NCBI GenBank assembly: GCA_965223545.1
Contig: OZ245006.1
Span: 7,104,001-7,168,000 of the forward strand
Length of the DNA stretch: 64,000 bases
Reading direction: 5' to 3'
DNA from: Planctomycetota bacterium
GTDB taxonomy: Bacteria > Planctomycetota > UBA1135 > UBA2386
In this document: piece by piece, positions 49,294-60,187 of the stretch
Position numbering within the stretch: the stretch's first letter is position 1
How the letters are laid out: every line of letters starts with the position of its first letter
Made by a program: the position numbers and the translations under genes
The notes under the pieces: model-generated
Told to the model about the DNA's origin: nothing
The model's input: only the letters and a program-made list of their open reading frames with translations
The model's database searches: none

Positions 49294-50082
49294 TCAGTCC
49301 TTCGCGAACGCGCACACAAGCTCGAACACCGCGGCGCTCTCGAGCAGCAGCGAGTGGCCGGCGTCGTCGATCTCGCGCAGCTGCGCGCGCGGGTTGAGCT
49401 CGGCCGTCGCCCGCACCTCGGCGGGTGGCGTCAGGGTGTCTTCGCTACCCGCGACGCATAGCACTGGCTGGCGCAGAGCTGCGAACGCGGCGCGGCCGTC
49501 GAAGTCGGGCAACGCGCGCGCCTGCGCCAGCATCAGTGCCCGTGCGGCGTCGTCGGGGCGCAGCGCGCGGACGATGTCCTCGACCACTTGCGGCCGCTCG
49601 GCGTGAAAGGTCTCGCCGAACAAGAACGGCGCCACGGCCTCGCCGATCTGTGCCGGCTGCAGGTGCTCTGCGACGGTCGCGAAGAATCGGTAGACGCGCT
49701 GCGCCCGCGCGGTGGCCCAGGCGGAGCTGGCCAGCATGGCGAGCTTGGGCCAGCGCTGGGGCGCCGCCGCTGCGGCGAGCAGCGCGACCTTGCCGCCGAG
49801 CGACGTGCCCGCTGCCGTGGCCGCCTCGAGGTCACAGTCGTCGAGCACCGCGGTGAGATCGCGCGCCGCTTCCTCGAACGAGAACGGACCGGCCAGCGGG
49901 CTCGACGGCGTCGCGCCCACCGGGCTCACCGCCACGCAGGTGAAGCCGTGCCGCGCGAAGCGGCGCGGCAGCGTGCCGAACTGGCGCGCGCCGGCGCCGG
50001 TACCGGGCACCAGCACCACCGCGGGTCCTTCACCGGTGCGCTCGTAGTGGATGCGGCGCGGCCCGCGTTCGGCGAACGGCAT
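49294..50082 (-). CDS. Alpha/beta hydrolase (PcaD-like fold)
   Basis: GEGPAVVLVPG, GTSLGG, GSEDTLTP, AGH. Confidence 0.88.
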   Translation of the reverse strand: MPFAERGPRRIHYERTGEGPAVVLVPGTGAGARQFGTLPRRFARHGFTCVAVSPVGATPSSPLAGPFSFEEAARDLTAVLDDCDLEAATAAGTSLGGKVALLAAAAAPQRWPKLAMLASSAWATARAQRVYRFFATVAEHLQPAQIGEAVAPFLFGETFHAERPQVVEDIVRALRPDDAARALMLAQARALPDFDGRAAFAALRQPVLCVAGSEDTLTPPAEVRATAELNPRAQLREIDDAGHSLLLESAAVFELVCAFAKD

Positions 50083-50094
50083 GGTGCGTCGCGC

Positions 50095-51138
50095 TCAGCG
50101 CTCGCCGCCGCTCGGCGGCGGTTGGCGCGGGCTTTGCGGGTCGAGCGGCTGCGGAAAGTACTGCCGTTCGATGGCCGGCAGCGCCGTCAGCACGACCTCG
50201 CCGACGATCTGCATGCTCTCCGCCGCGATGTGATCGAGGGTGTCTTCGGCGGTGTGCCACTGCGGGTTGTCGATCAGATCGATGAGGTCGATCGCGGGAA
50301 AGCCGCGCTCGAGGAACGGCAGGTGGTCGTCGCGCACTGGCTGGCTCTTCTGGAAGAACACGTCCTGGTGCCCGCAGGCCGCGGCGGCGCCGCGGAAGAT
50401 CTCGCGCAGGTCGCGGTCGGAGTACTCCTCCTCGTCGATCTGCAGATCGCGGGCGCCGACCATGTCCAGAAGCACGAGCGCGCGCAGCTTGGACGCGTCC
50501 GGATCGAGCTCGCGCGCCTTCTCGGCGGCGGCGAAGCGCTTGGAGCCGAACAGCGCCTTGTCCATGTCCCACTTGAAGTCGAGCGACTCCTCGCCGTCGA
50601 AGAACACGACTTGGATCGTCGCCTGGTTGTCGCGCGCCATCAGCGCCGGCACCAGGGCGAGCAGCGTGCCGACGCCGCTGCCGGAGTCGTTGGCGCCGAC
50701 GAACGGGAAGTTGTGCGCGGGATCGGGGTGGCCCTCGCACTTCTTCGTGTCGTGATGGCAGGCCAGGATGATGCGGTCCTTGTGGCGGCCGGGAATGGTG
50801 GCGTGGATGTTCTCGAACTCGATACCGAAGCGCGGGTCGGTCCAGCGGTCGCGCACCGGCTCGAGCCCGGCCTCGGTCAGGGTTTCGGCGATGTGGTCGA
50901 GGCCGCGCTGCCACCCGGGCGACCCGGTGAAGCGCGGGCCGAAGCCGACCAGCGTGGCGACGTGGTCGTAGGCGCGGCGGCCGAGGTCCTCGGGCGTCGG
51001 CGCGGGCAGCAGCTTGGGGGGGTGGACGACCACGGGACCCTCGGGCTGGGAGCAGGTGGCGGCGATCAGACCGCAGCACAGCGCGGCGGCGGCGGCGCCG
51101 GCGGGGATGCGCCGGGCGAGGTGTCGACTACTGGGCAT
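50095..51138 (-). CDS. M28 family glutaminyl-cyclase-like lipoprotein (paralog 2)
   Basis: Lipobox-like AATC; LACHHDTK, GAND, FFDGEE, LLDMVG, DDHLPF, WHT. Confidence 0.85.
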   Translation of the reverse strand: MPSSRHLARRIPAGAAAAALCCGLIAATCSQPEGPVVVHPPKLLPAPTPEDLGRRAYDHVATLVGFGPRFTGSPGWQRGLDHIAETLTEAGLEPVRDRWTDPRFGIEFENIHATIPGRHKDRIILACHHDTKKCEGHPDPAHNFPFVGANDSGSGVGTLLALVPALMARDNQATIQVVFFDGEESLDFKWDMDKALFGSKRFAAAEKARELDPDASKLRALVLLDMVGARDLQIDEEEYSDRDLREIFRGAAAACGHQDVFFQKSQPVRDDHLPFLERGFPAIDLIDLIDNPQWHTAEDTLDHIAAESMQIVGEVVLTALPAIERQYFPQPLDPQSPRQPPPSGGER

Positions 51139-52192
51139 AGAACTTCTGCTCGATGCGCGGCAGGGCATTCCAGACCAGGTTGCCGACGAAGCCGAGCGAG
51201 TCGGCGGAGACCCTCTCCATGGTGTCGAGCTCGGTGTGCCACCACGCCGTGTAGGTCCCCTCGGCCGGGGCCGGGCCGCGGTCGGGCGGCACGCCGTTCA
51301 CCTCCTGCGTCCGCAGGCGGTCGTCGGGCATGCGCCAGCGGAAATCGATCAGGTCGATGACCGCCACGCCGTAGTTCTTGAACGGCACGTGGTCGTCGGT
51401 CATCGGCGAGTTCCAGCGGTACATGACGTCGGCGCGGCCCATGGCGTCGGCGGTCGCGCCGAACAAGTCGAGCAACGTCTTGTTGGAGTAGTTGTCGCGA
51501 TCGATCTTCAGCTCGTGGTCGCCGATGAGGTCGAGCAGCACCATGACCTTGAGACGCTCGGCGAGGCCCTTGGGAAAGCGCTTCTTGTCGGCGGCCATGG
51601 TCTTGGCAAAGCGCTGGCTGCCCAGAAGCGACAGGCTGTTGTCGCGCACCCAGTCGAACTCGAGGCACTCCTCGCCGTCGAACCAGGCGATCCAGATGTT
51701 GGGGATGTTGTCGCGCGCCACGAGGTGGCGGGCCAGCTCGAGCAAGAGCCCGCAAGAGGCGGCGGCGTCCAGCGCGCCGATGAATGGAAACCGATGTGAC
51801 TCATCGGGATGCGTCTCGTCGGTCAGCTTGCTGTCGTAGTGCGCGGCGAGCAGCAGCACCGGCCCGTTCGCCGGATCGGCGCCCGGGATCTCGGTCCAGA
51901 TGTTGCGGAACGACACCTTGCGGGGCTTGCCGTAGACGGTGAGCTCCTGCTCCCAGGTGTCCTGCTGCGCCGTCAAGCCCAGCTTCTCGACTTCCGCGAT
52001 CAAGTAGTCGCCGACCTTGCGCAAGTTGCTCGATCCGGGCGGGCGGGGACCGAAATCGCAAATCGCGGCGGTGTGTGCACGGGCGCGCGCGCCGTCCACG
52101 GGCCCGGCTGAAGTGTCACAGGCCGCGGCCAGGAGCAGTGCACCGATGGTGCCGAAGGTGCGGGCGCGGTGGCTTGGACGGAAACCGTTCAT
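51128..52192 (-). CDS. M28 family glutaminyl-cyclase-like lipoprotein (paralog 1)
   Basis: Lipobox LAAAC; AHYDSK, GALD, FDGEE, LLDLIG, DDHVPF, WHT. Confidence 0.85.
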   Translation of the reverse strand: MNGFRPSHRARTFGTIGALLLAAACDTSAGPVDGARARAHTAAICDFGPRPPGSSNLRKVGDYLIAEVEKLGLTAQQDTWEQELTVYGKPRKVSFRNIWTEIPGADPANGPVLLLAAHYDSKLTDETHPDESHRFPFIGALDAAASCGLLLELARHLVARDNIPNIWIAWFDGEECLEFDWVRDNSLSLLGSQRFAKTMAADKKRFPKGLAERLKVMVLLDLIGDHELKIDRDNYSNKTLLDLFGATADAMGRADVMYRWNSPMTDDHVPFKNYGVAVIDLIDFRWRMPDDRLRTQEVNGVPPDRGPAPAEGTYTAWWHTELDTMERVSADSLGFVGNLVWNALPRIEQKFYAQ

Positions 52193-52367
52193 CTTGGGCG
52201 GCGAGGCTAACCGATACCTGGGATGCGCGGCACTTCCGTCCTATGTCGTTTGTGCGACGGCATCGGCAGGAGGGCGCGCACCCCCTGGTAAGGTGACGCC
52301 CTGCCACCCTGGCAAACTCCCACAACCCCCGATCGCTCCCGTCGCGACCCGCTGGGCGGAGGACGAG

Positions 52368-54401
<2,034 letters not shown>

Positions 54402-54463
54402 GCCGCGCGGCAGACAACCCGGCCGTGCCGGCGTTCGAGAATCGCGACTGAAGGGGGTTCGAG

Positions 54464-55561
54464 GTGCGCAAGATCGATCAGGATCACACGCGGTTCCGCG
54501 ACATCGTTCGCGGCCGCATCAAGGAGGACCTGAAGAAGTTCGTCACCTCCGGCGAGATGATCGGCAAGCAGGGCAAGCGGCTGATCAGCATCCCGCTGCC
54601 GCAGATCGACCTGCCGCGCTTCAAGTACGGGCAGAACCAGGGTCGCGGCGTGGGCCAGGGCGAGGGCGAGGCCGGCCAGCCGATCGACGGCGAGGGCGAG
54701 GGCGAAGGGCAGGCCGGCGACCAGGAGGGGCAGCACACCCTCGAGGTCGACGTCAGTCTGGAGGATTTGGCCAAGATCTTGGGCGAGGAGCTCGAGCTGC
54801 CCAACATCGAACCGCGCGGTGCCAAGACGATCCGCTCGCGCGCCGGCAAGTTCACCGGCATCTCCCGGGTGGGGCCGCAGAGCCTGCGGCACTTCAAGCG
54901 CTCGTTCCGCGAGGCGCTGAAGCGGCAGATCGCGTCGGGCACCTACGACCACGAACGGCCGGTGGTGGTGCCCATCAAGGAGGACATGCGCTACCGCTCG
55001 ATGACGCTGCGCGAGGAGCCGCAGGCGAGCGCCGCGATCATCTACATGATGGACGTGTCCGGCAGCATGGGGCGCGAGCAGAAGGAGATCGTGCGCATCG
55101 AGGCGTTCTGGATCGATACCTGGTTGCGGCACCAGTACAAGAACCTCGAGGTCAACTACATCGTGCACGACGCGGTGGCGCACATGGTCGACCAGCACAC
55201 GTTCTTCCACTTGCGCGAGTCGGGCGGCACCAAGATCAGCTCGGCCTACGAGCTGTGCTTGCGGCTGATGGAGGAGCGGTATCCGGCGTCCGAGTGGAAC
55301 ATCTACCCGTTCCACTTCTCGGATGGCGACAACTGGTCCTCGCGCGACACCGAGCGCTGCATGGACCTGCTGCGCAGCTCGATCCTGCCGCAGGTCAACC
55401 AGTTCTGCTACGGCCAGGTGAAGAGCGCGTACGGCTCGGGCCAGTTCAAGAAGGACCTGGACGGCGCCTTCAAGAGCGACGAGCGCATGGTCACCAGCGA
55501 CATCCTCGACCGCGACGGAATCCTGCCGTCGATCAAGACCTTCTTGGGCAAGGGGAGGTGA
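54464..55561 (+). CDS. yeaH: YeaH/YhbH (DUF444) vWA-like protein
   Basis: DHTRF, GQGEGE, MDVSGSM, ESGGT, SDGDN. Confidence 0.92.
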   Translation: MRKIDQDHTRFRDIVRGRIKEDLKKFVTSGEMIGKQGKRLISIPLPQIDLPRFKYGQNQGRGVGQGEGEAGQPIDGEGEGEGQAGDQEGQHTLEVDVSLEDLAKILGEELELPNIEPRGAKTIRSRAGKFTGISRVGPQSLRHFKRSFREALKRQIASGTYDHERPVVVPIKEDMRYRSMTLREEPQASAAIIYMMDVSGSMGREQKEIVRIEAFWIDTWLRHQYKNLEVNYIVHDAVAHMVDQHTFFHLRESGGTKISSAYELCLRLMEERYPASEWNIYPFHFSDGDNWSSRDTERCMDLLRSSILPQVNQFCYGQVKSAYGSGQFKKDLDGAFKSDERMVTSDILDRDGILPSIKTFLGKGR

Positions 55562-55565
55562 AGCG

Positions 55566-57095
55566 GTGGGCAACCTGACTCCGGAGCTGGCCCGTCTCAA
55601 GGAGGAGACCAGCGAGTTGGCCGCGCGCTACGGTCTGGACTTCTACGAGGTGATCTTCGAGCTGGTCGACTACGACGAGCTCAACATGATCGCCGCCTAC
55701 GGCGGCTTCCCGACGCGCTACCCGCACTGGCGCTTCGGCATGGAGTACGAGCAGCTCAGCAAGAGCTACGCCTGGGGTCTGTCGAAGATCTACGAGCTCG
55801 TGATCAACAACGACCCCTGCTACGCGTACCTGATGCGCAGCAACTCGTTGACCGATCAGAAGCTGGTGATGGCGCACGTCTACGGCCATTGCGACTTCTT
55901 CAAGAACAACCTGTGGTTCAGCAAGACGTCGCGCAAGATGATGGACGTGATGGCGAACCACGGCGCCCGCGTGCGGCGCTACATGGATCGCTACGGCGTC
56001 GAGCGCGTCGAGAACTTCATCGACTCGGTGCTGTCGATCGACAACCTGATCGACGTGTACTCCCCGTTCATCGACCGCGGTACCAGGCGGAACGCCGGGC
56101 CTGAGGACGATCGCGCTACCGAGGACTACAAGATCGCGGCCAAGGACTACATGGACCGCTACATCAACCCGCCCGACCACCTGCGGCGGGAGCGCGAGCG
56201 GCGGCAGAAGGAAGCGCAGGAGCGCCGCCGCACGCCGGCGAAGCCGCAGCGCGACGTCCTGCTGTTCCTGATGGAGCACGCCCCGCTGGAGACCTGGCAG
56301 CAGGACGTGATCGGCTTGCTGCGGGAGGAGGCGTACTACTTCGCCCCGCAGGGCATGACCAAGATCATGAACGAAGGCTGGGCGGTGTACTGGCACTCGA
56401 GCTTGATGACCAAGCACCTGCTGGAGGCTTCGGAAGTGGTGAACTATGCCGACTCGCACTCCGGCACGCTGTTCACCCGGCCTGGCCAGATCAACCCGTA
56501 CAAGATGGGTGTCGAGCTGTTTCGCGACATCGAAGAACGTTGGAATCGCGGCAAGTTCGGTCTCGAGTACGAGCAGTGCGACGATGCCGACGCCAAGCGA
56601 AACTGGGATCGCGATCTGGGCGAGGGGCGCGAGAAGATCTTCCAGGTCCGCCAGATCTACAACGACGTGACCTTCATCGACGAGTTCGTCAATGCGGAGT
56701 TCGCCGAGGCGCAGAAGCTGTACGTCTACGGCTTCAACCCGGCGACCGGCCGGCACGAGATCGTCGACCGCGACTACCGCAAGGTGAAGGCGCAGCTACT
56801 GAATGCGCTCACCAACTTCGGCAATCCGATCATTTCGGTGATGGACGCCAACCACAAGAATCGCGGCGAGCTGTATCTGTACCACGAGTGGGCCGGGACC
56901 GATCTGCAGTTCGACTTCGCGATGCAGACGTTGACCAACATCCACTCGATGTGGGGGCGGCCGGTGCACATCGAAACCCGCGAGGAGGGCAAGCCGCGGC
57001 TGTTGTCGTTCGACGGCAACGAGGCGGTGATGCGCGAGATCAGCGCCTCGCAGCCCGGCGGCGAGGTCGTCGGCCAAGCCACCGCCGACGCCTGA
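55566..57095 (+). CDS. spoVR: SpoVR/YcgB family protein
   Basis: RYPHWRFG, YELVINNDPCYAYL, AHVYGH, KIMNEGWA, NPYKMG. Confidence 0.95.
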   Translation: MGNLTPELARLKEETSELAARYGLDFYEVIFELVDYDELNMIAAYGGFPTRYPHWRFGMEYEQLSKSYAWGLSKIYELVINNDPCYAYLMRSNSLTDQKLVMAHVYGHCDFFKNNLWFSKTSRKMMDVMANHGARVRRYMDRYGVERVENFIDSVLSIDNLIDVYSPFIDRGTRRNAGPEDDRATEDYKIAAKDYMDRYINPPDHLRRERERRQKEAQERRRTPAKPQRDVLLFLMEHAPLETWQQDVIGLLREEAYYFAPQGMTKIMNEGWAVYWHSSLMTKHLLEASEVVNYADSHSGTLFTRPGQINPYKMGVELFRDIEERWNRGKFGLEYEQCDDADAKRNWDRDLGEGREKIFQVRQIYNDVTFIDEFVNAEFAEAQKLYVYGFNPATGRHEIVDRDYRKVKAQLLNALTNFGNPIISVMDANHKNRGELYLYHEWAGTDLQFDFAMQTLTNIHSMWGRPVHIETREEGKPRLLSFDGNEAVMREISASQPGGEVVGQATADA

Positions 57096-57215
57096 GACGG
57101 GACCCAGCCGTCGGCGCCATCGGCGCGGGTTGTCTCGCATTGGTCCGCCGGTGGCGCCGCGGCTCAAGGGGCGTTGTCCTTCTGCCCGACAGCAGAGGGC
57201 CAGAAGGAACGCACC

Positions 57216-58079
57216 ATGAGATTCGTCACCACCTCTTGTCTCGCCCTTGGCATGGGCCTCGCCACCGGTTGCGTGACGGCGCCCGAGGCGCCGCCGCCGG
57301 CGGCTCCCGTCCACGTCCAACCCCCGGCGGCGCCGGCGGTCGAAGCCGAACCGGTCGCGGTCGAGCCGGTCGCGGCCGAGCCGCCGGCTGCGTGGGAACC
57401 CGTCGAGCCACGTCCCTCGGAGTCCGAGGAGCCGGAGTTGCTCGCCGCCGATCCGGTGGCCGAGGAGTTGCCGAGCGAGCCCGTCGCCGCGCCGGCCGAC
57501 GAGCCGCAGGCTGAAGTCGAGCAGCCGTCGCAGTGGACGGGTGAGCTGATGTGCGTGCCGTTCTCGTGCCAAGCCGATCCGATGGCACGGGTGTGGTGCG
57601 AGGTCGAGTGCGAGCTGCCGGTGCAGGATGCCGGCGACGAGGCCCCGGCCGAGTCCGAGTCCCCCGCGCAGCCCGTGGTCGTCGACCAGAGCGAGGACGG
57701 CCAGCCCCTCGCCGGTGTCGACGGGGCGCTGCCGGTGTCGGACGATGCGTCGGCCGCGCCGCCGGCCCCGGCGACCGAGGTCGCCGTCGGCACGGAAGTG
57801 CCGGAAGTCGAGCCCGCGGCCGAGGAACTCGAGGTCGAGGTCGAAGCCGAGGTGGAGGTGGGGCCGTTGGACGGTGCCGCCCAGCGCGCGCTGTACGAGG
57901 CCATGCGTGAGGACATCCGCGCCGGTGACCTGGCGGCGGCGCACCGCCGCTTCCTCGCCGCGCAAGACCGGATGCCGCGGCCCGACGACGCCGAGGGTGC
58001 CGCCGCGCACGACGACGTGCAGCTGTTGGCGCGCTACGTCGACGGCATGCTGCACCAGTCGCGCAACGCCAGCCGCTGA
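57216..58079 (+). CDS. Acidic Pro/Glu/Ala-rich putative lipoprotein
   Basis: AAGGAA RBS; lipobox LATGC; low-complexity EP/VA runs; central 4-Cys segment. Confidence 0.7.
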   Translation: MRFVTTSCLALGMGLATGCVTAPEAPPPAAPVHVQPPAAPAVEAEPVAVEPVAAEPPAAWEPVEPRPSESEEPELLAADPVAEELPSEPVAAPADEPQAEVEQPSQWTGELMCVPFSCQADPMARVWCEVECELPVQDAGDEAPAESESPAQPVVVDQSEDGQPLAGVDGALPVSDDASAAPPAPATEVAVGTEVPEVEPAAEELEVEVEAEVEVGPLDGAAQRALYEAMREDIRAGDLAAAHRRFLAAQDRMPRPDDAEGAAAHDDVQLLARYVDGMLHQSRNASR

Positions 58080-58121
58080 TCCGCGACCGCGCCGCGCCCG
58101 CGTGGTAAGGTGCGGCGCGCG

Positions 58122-58952
58122 GTGGCCGTCGAGCGGGTCTGGATTTGGTATCTGAGCACGGTGACGGCCGCGGTGGCGGCCGTCGCGCTGGTCGACGGTG
58201 CTCCGGGGGGGCGACCGTGGGCGTACGTCGCCCTGCACGGGGGCCTGTTGGCTGCCGTGCTGGCGGGGCGCGGCTGGATGGCTCGCCTGCCCGCGGTGCG
58301 CGCCCGCGCGCTGCGCGCCGGGTTCTGCCTGCTCGCCATCCCGGTGGTGTTTTCAGCGATGGGGTGGGTGCTCCCCGCCGTGCACCCCGAGGCCTACGAG
58401 TGGCGTTGGATCGCCGCCGACCAGGCGTTGCTCGGCACCGACCCGACCCGCGCGGTGCAGCCGCTGCTGGCGCCTTGGTTGGTCGAGGTGCTGCAGCTGG
58501 CGTACTCGAGCTTCTACGCCTTGCCGGTGATCGCCGTGCTCGCCGCCGGCATCGGGCGCGGGGCGGCCGCGTTCGACAACGCCTTGTTGGTGGTGACCTT
58601 CGGCTTCTTGCTCAGCTACCTGGGCTACTTCTTGTGGCCGACGCTGCCGCCGTACCGGTTCTTGCCGCACGACACCGCGCTGCGCGGCGTTTGGCTCGCC
58701 GACACCCTGTACGCGGCGCTCGACGCCGCTGAGGTGCACCGATGGAACTGCTTTCCCAGCGGCCACACGATGCTGAGCGTGATCAGTCTGGTGTTGGTCC
58801 GGCGGCAGCGCGCGGTGTTCTGGGGCATGGCGCCGGTCGTGGTGCTGCTGATCGCCAGCACGGTGATGCTGCGCTACCACTACGTCGTCGACGTGCTCGC
58901 CGGGGTGGCGGCGGTGCCGCTCGCGCTTTGGCTCGTGCGCTGGTTGCGCTGA
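58122..58952 (+). CDS. PAP2 superfamily membrane phosphatase/phosphotransferase (Aur1/Ipt1-like)
   Basis: PTLPP, CFPSGH, RYHYVVD; multiple TM helices. Confidence 0.88.
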   Translation: MAVERVWIWYLSTVTAAVAAVALVDGAPGGRPWAYVALHGGLLAAVLAGRGWMARLPAVRARALRAGFCLLAIPVVFSAMGWVLPAVHPEAYEWRWIAADQALLGTDPTRAVQPLLAPWLVEVLQLAYSSFYALPVIAVLAAGIGRGAAAFDNALLVVTFGFLLSYLGYFLWPTLPPYRFLPHDTALRGVWLADTLYAALDAAEVHRWNCFPSGHTMLSVISLVLVRRQRAVFWGMAPVVVLLIASTVMLRYHYVVDVLAGVAAVPLALWLVRWLR

Positions 58953-59002
58953 GACGCGAGGGTCAGCCAGTCTCTCGCCGTTCACGATTTTGGATCGCCC
59001 CA

Positions 59003-60139
59003 CTAGCGGCGGCGTGCGGGTGGCTTCTCTTCTTCGCCGAGCAGCGCGTCGAGCAGCGCGGCGATCGGTTCGAAGCTGCGGAGGATGTAATCGATGATGC
59101 GAGTGAAGGGCGAGAGGATATGCACCAGCTCGCGGTCCCAACGCCACGGAGTGTGCGTGCGCCGGTAGTTGAACACGATGTGCTGGTTGGTCAGCAGCCC
59201 GGCGATCGAGCGGCCGGCGGTCGCTGGCGGCGCCGCGCGGAACTCGGCGGACCAGACCTCGAACCACTGCCAGTGGACCTGCTCGCGGAGCATGGTCGGC
59301 GCGAGCGACAGTGCCTCGCCCGCCAGCGCGACGCTGACCGGAACGCGAAAGTAGCGCGACTCCCGGGCGCTCTCGATGCGACCGACCAGCGAGCACTCGG
59401 CCACGTCGGGCCGCGCCGCGACCCAGCGACCATTGGCGACGTGCTGCACCGGTGGTCGCGCCAGCGGCTCGCCTTCGGGGTCGAGCCAGCCGACGGCCGT
59501 GACCGGTCGGCTGCCACGCACTCCGCGGCCGGTGCCGGGGTCCGTGGTCAGCAGTCGGTACCAAGGCTGTCGGGCGAATCCGGCGAGACAGCGCCGCACA
59601 TCATCGCCCACTTCGGCGGACCGCAGTGGGGTGGAGTGCGCGAACCGCGCCGCCGTCTGCGCGTCCAGCTCCTGGCAGACGCTCTTCAGCGGGGCCATCC
59701 CGGTGAACGTGAGCCCCGCGTTGGGCGCGGCGCGGTGCTGGTAGTCTGACTGGGTCAGCCGTGCGCTCCACCGCCTGGGCGCCGAGCTCTCGAGCCAGGC
59801 GCGCCCGCGGCGCACCGGCGGCTGCAGAGTGAGCCAGATCGGCGGTTGCTCGCGTTCGGCAAGCAGTGCGGGAGCCCCGTCGGTGGCCACCGGCGACAAG
59901 GCCAGGTGGATCGGGGCGGCGGGGAGCTCGACGCCTTCCTGCTGGCGTGCCTCGCTGACGACGCACGGCACCGTCGTGGTGTGGATTTGCGGTGGTCGCT
60001 CGGGCACCAGGCCCCACAGCGTCCGGGTGATGCACGCCGGCAGCAGGAGGAGGAGCGTCAACGCCGCCGCGCGCGGAGCGCGGGCGGCTGCGACAACACC
60101 GTCCACGATCCCACTCGCGATCCCACTCGCGGAACGCAT
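59003..60139 (-). CDS. Hypothetical lipoprotein
   Basis: LLLLLPAC lipobox; TG-C-TATGAT promoter 6 nt upstream of ATG. Confidence 0.6.
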   Translation of the reverse strand: MRSASGIASGIVDGVVAAARAPRAAALTLLLLLPACITRTLWGLVPERPPQIHTTTVPCVVSEARQQEGVELPAAPIHLALSPVATDGAPALLAEREQPPIWLTLQPPVRRGRAWLESSAPRRWSARLTQSDYQHRAAPNAGLTFTGMAPLKSVCQELDAQTAARFAHSTPLRSAEVGDDVRRCLAGFARQPWYRLLTTDPGTGRGVRGSRPVTAVGWLDPEGEPLARPPVQHVANGRWVAARPDVAECSLVGRIESARESRYFRVPVSVALAGEALSLAPTMLREQVHWQWFEVWSAEFRAAPPATAGRSIAGLLTNQHIVFNYRRTHTPWRWDRELVHILSPFTRIIDYILRSFEPIAALLDALLGEEEKPPARRR

Positions 60140-60187
60140 GGGCGCATCATAGCACCCTGCTGCGGCGGCCCGGCGCCGGCCAGAAGA

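Noticed and set aside
60107..60130. 12-nt tandem duplication gatcccactcgc x2 (ASGI-ASGI)
   Set aside because: In-frame two-copy slippage in a signal-peptide n-region; no evident function.
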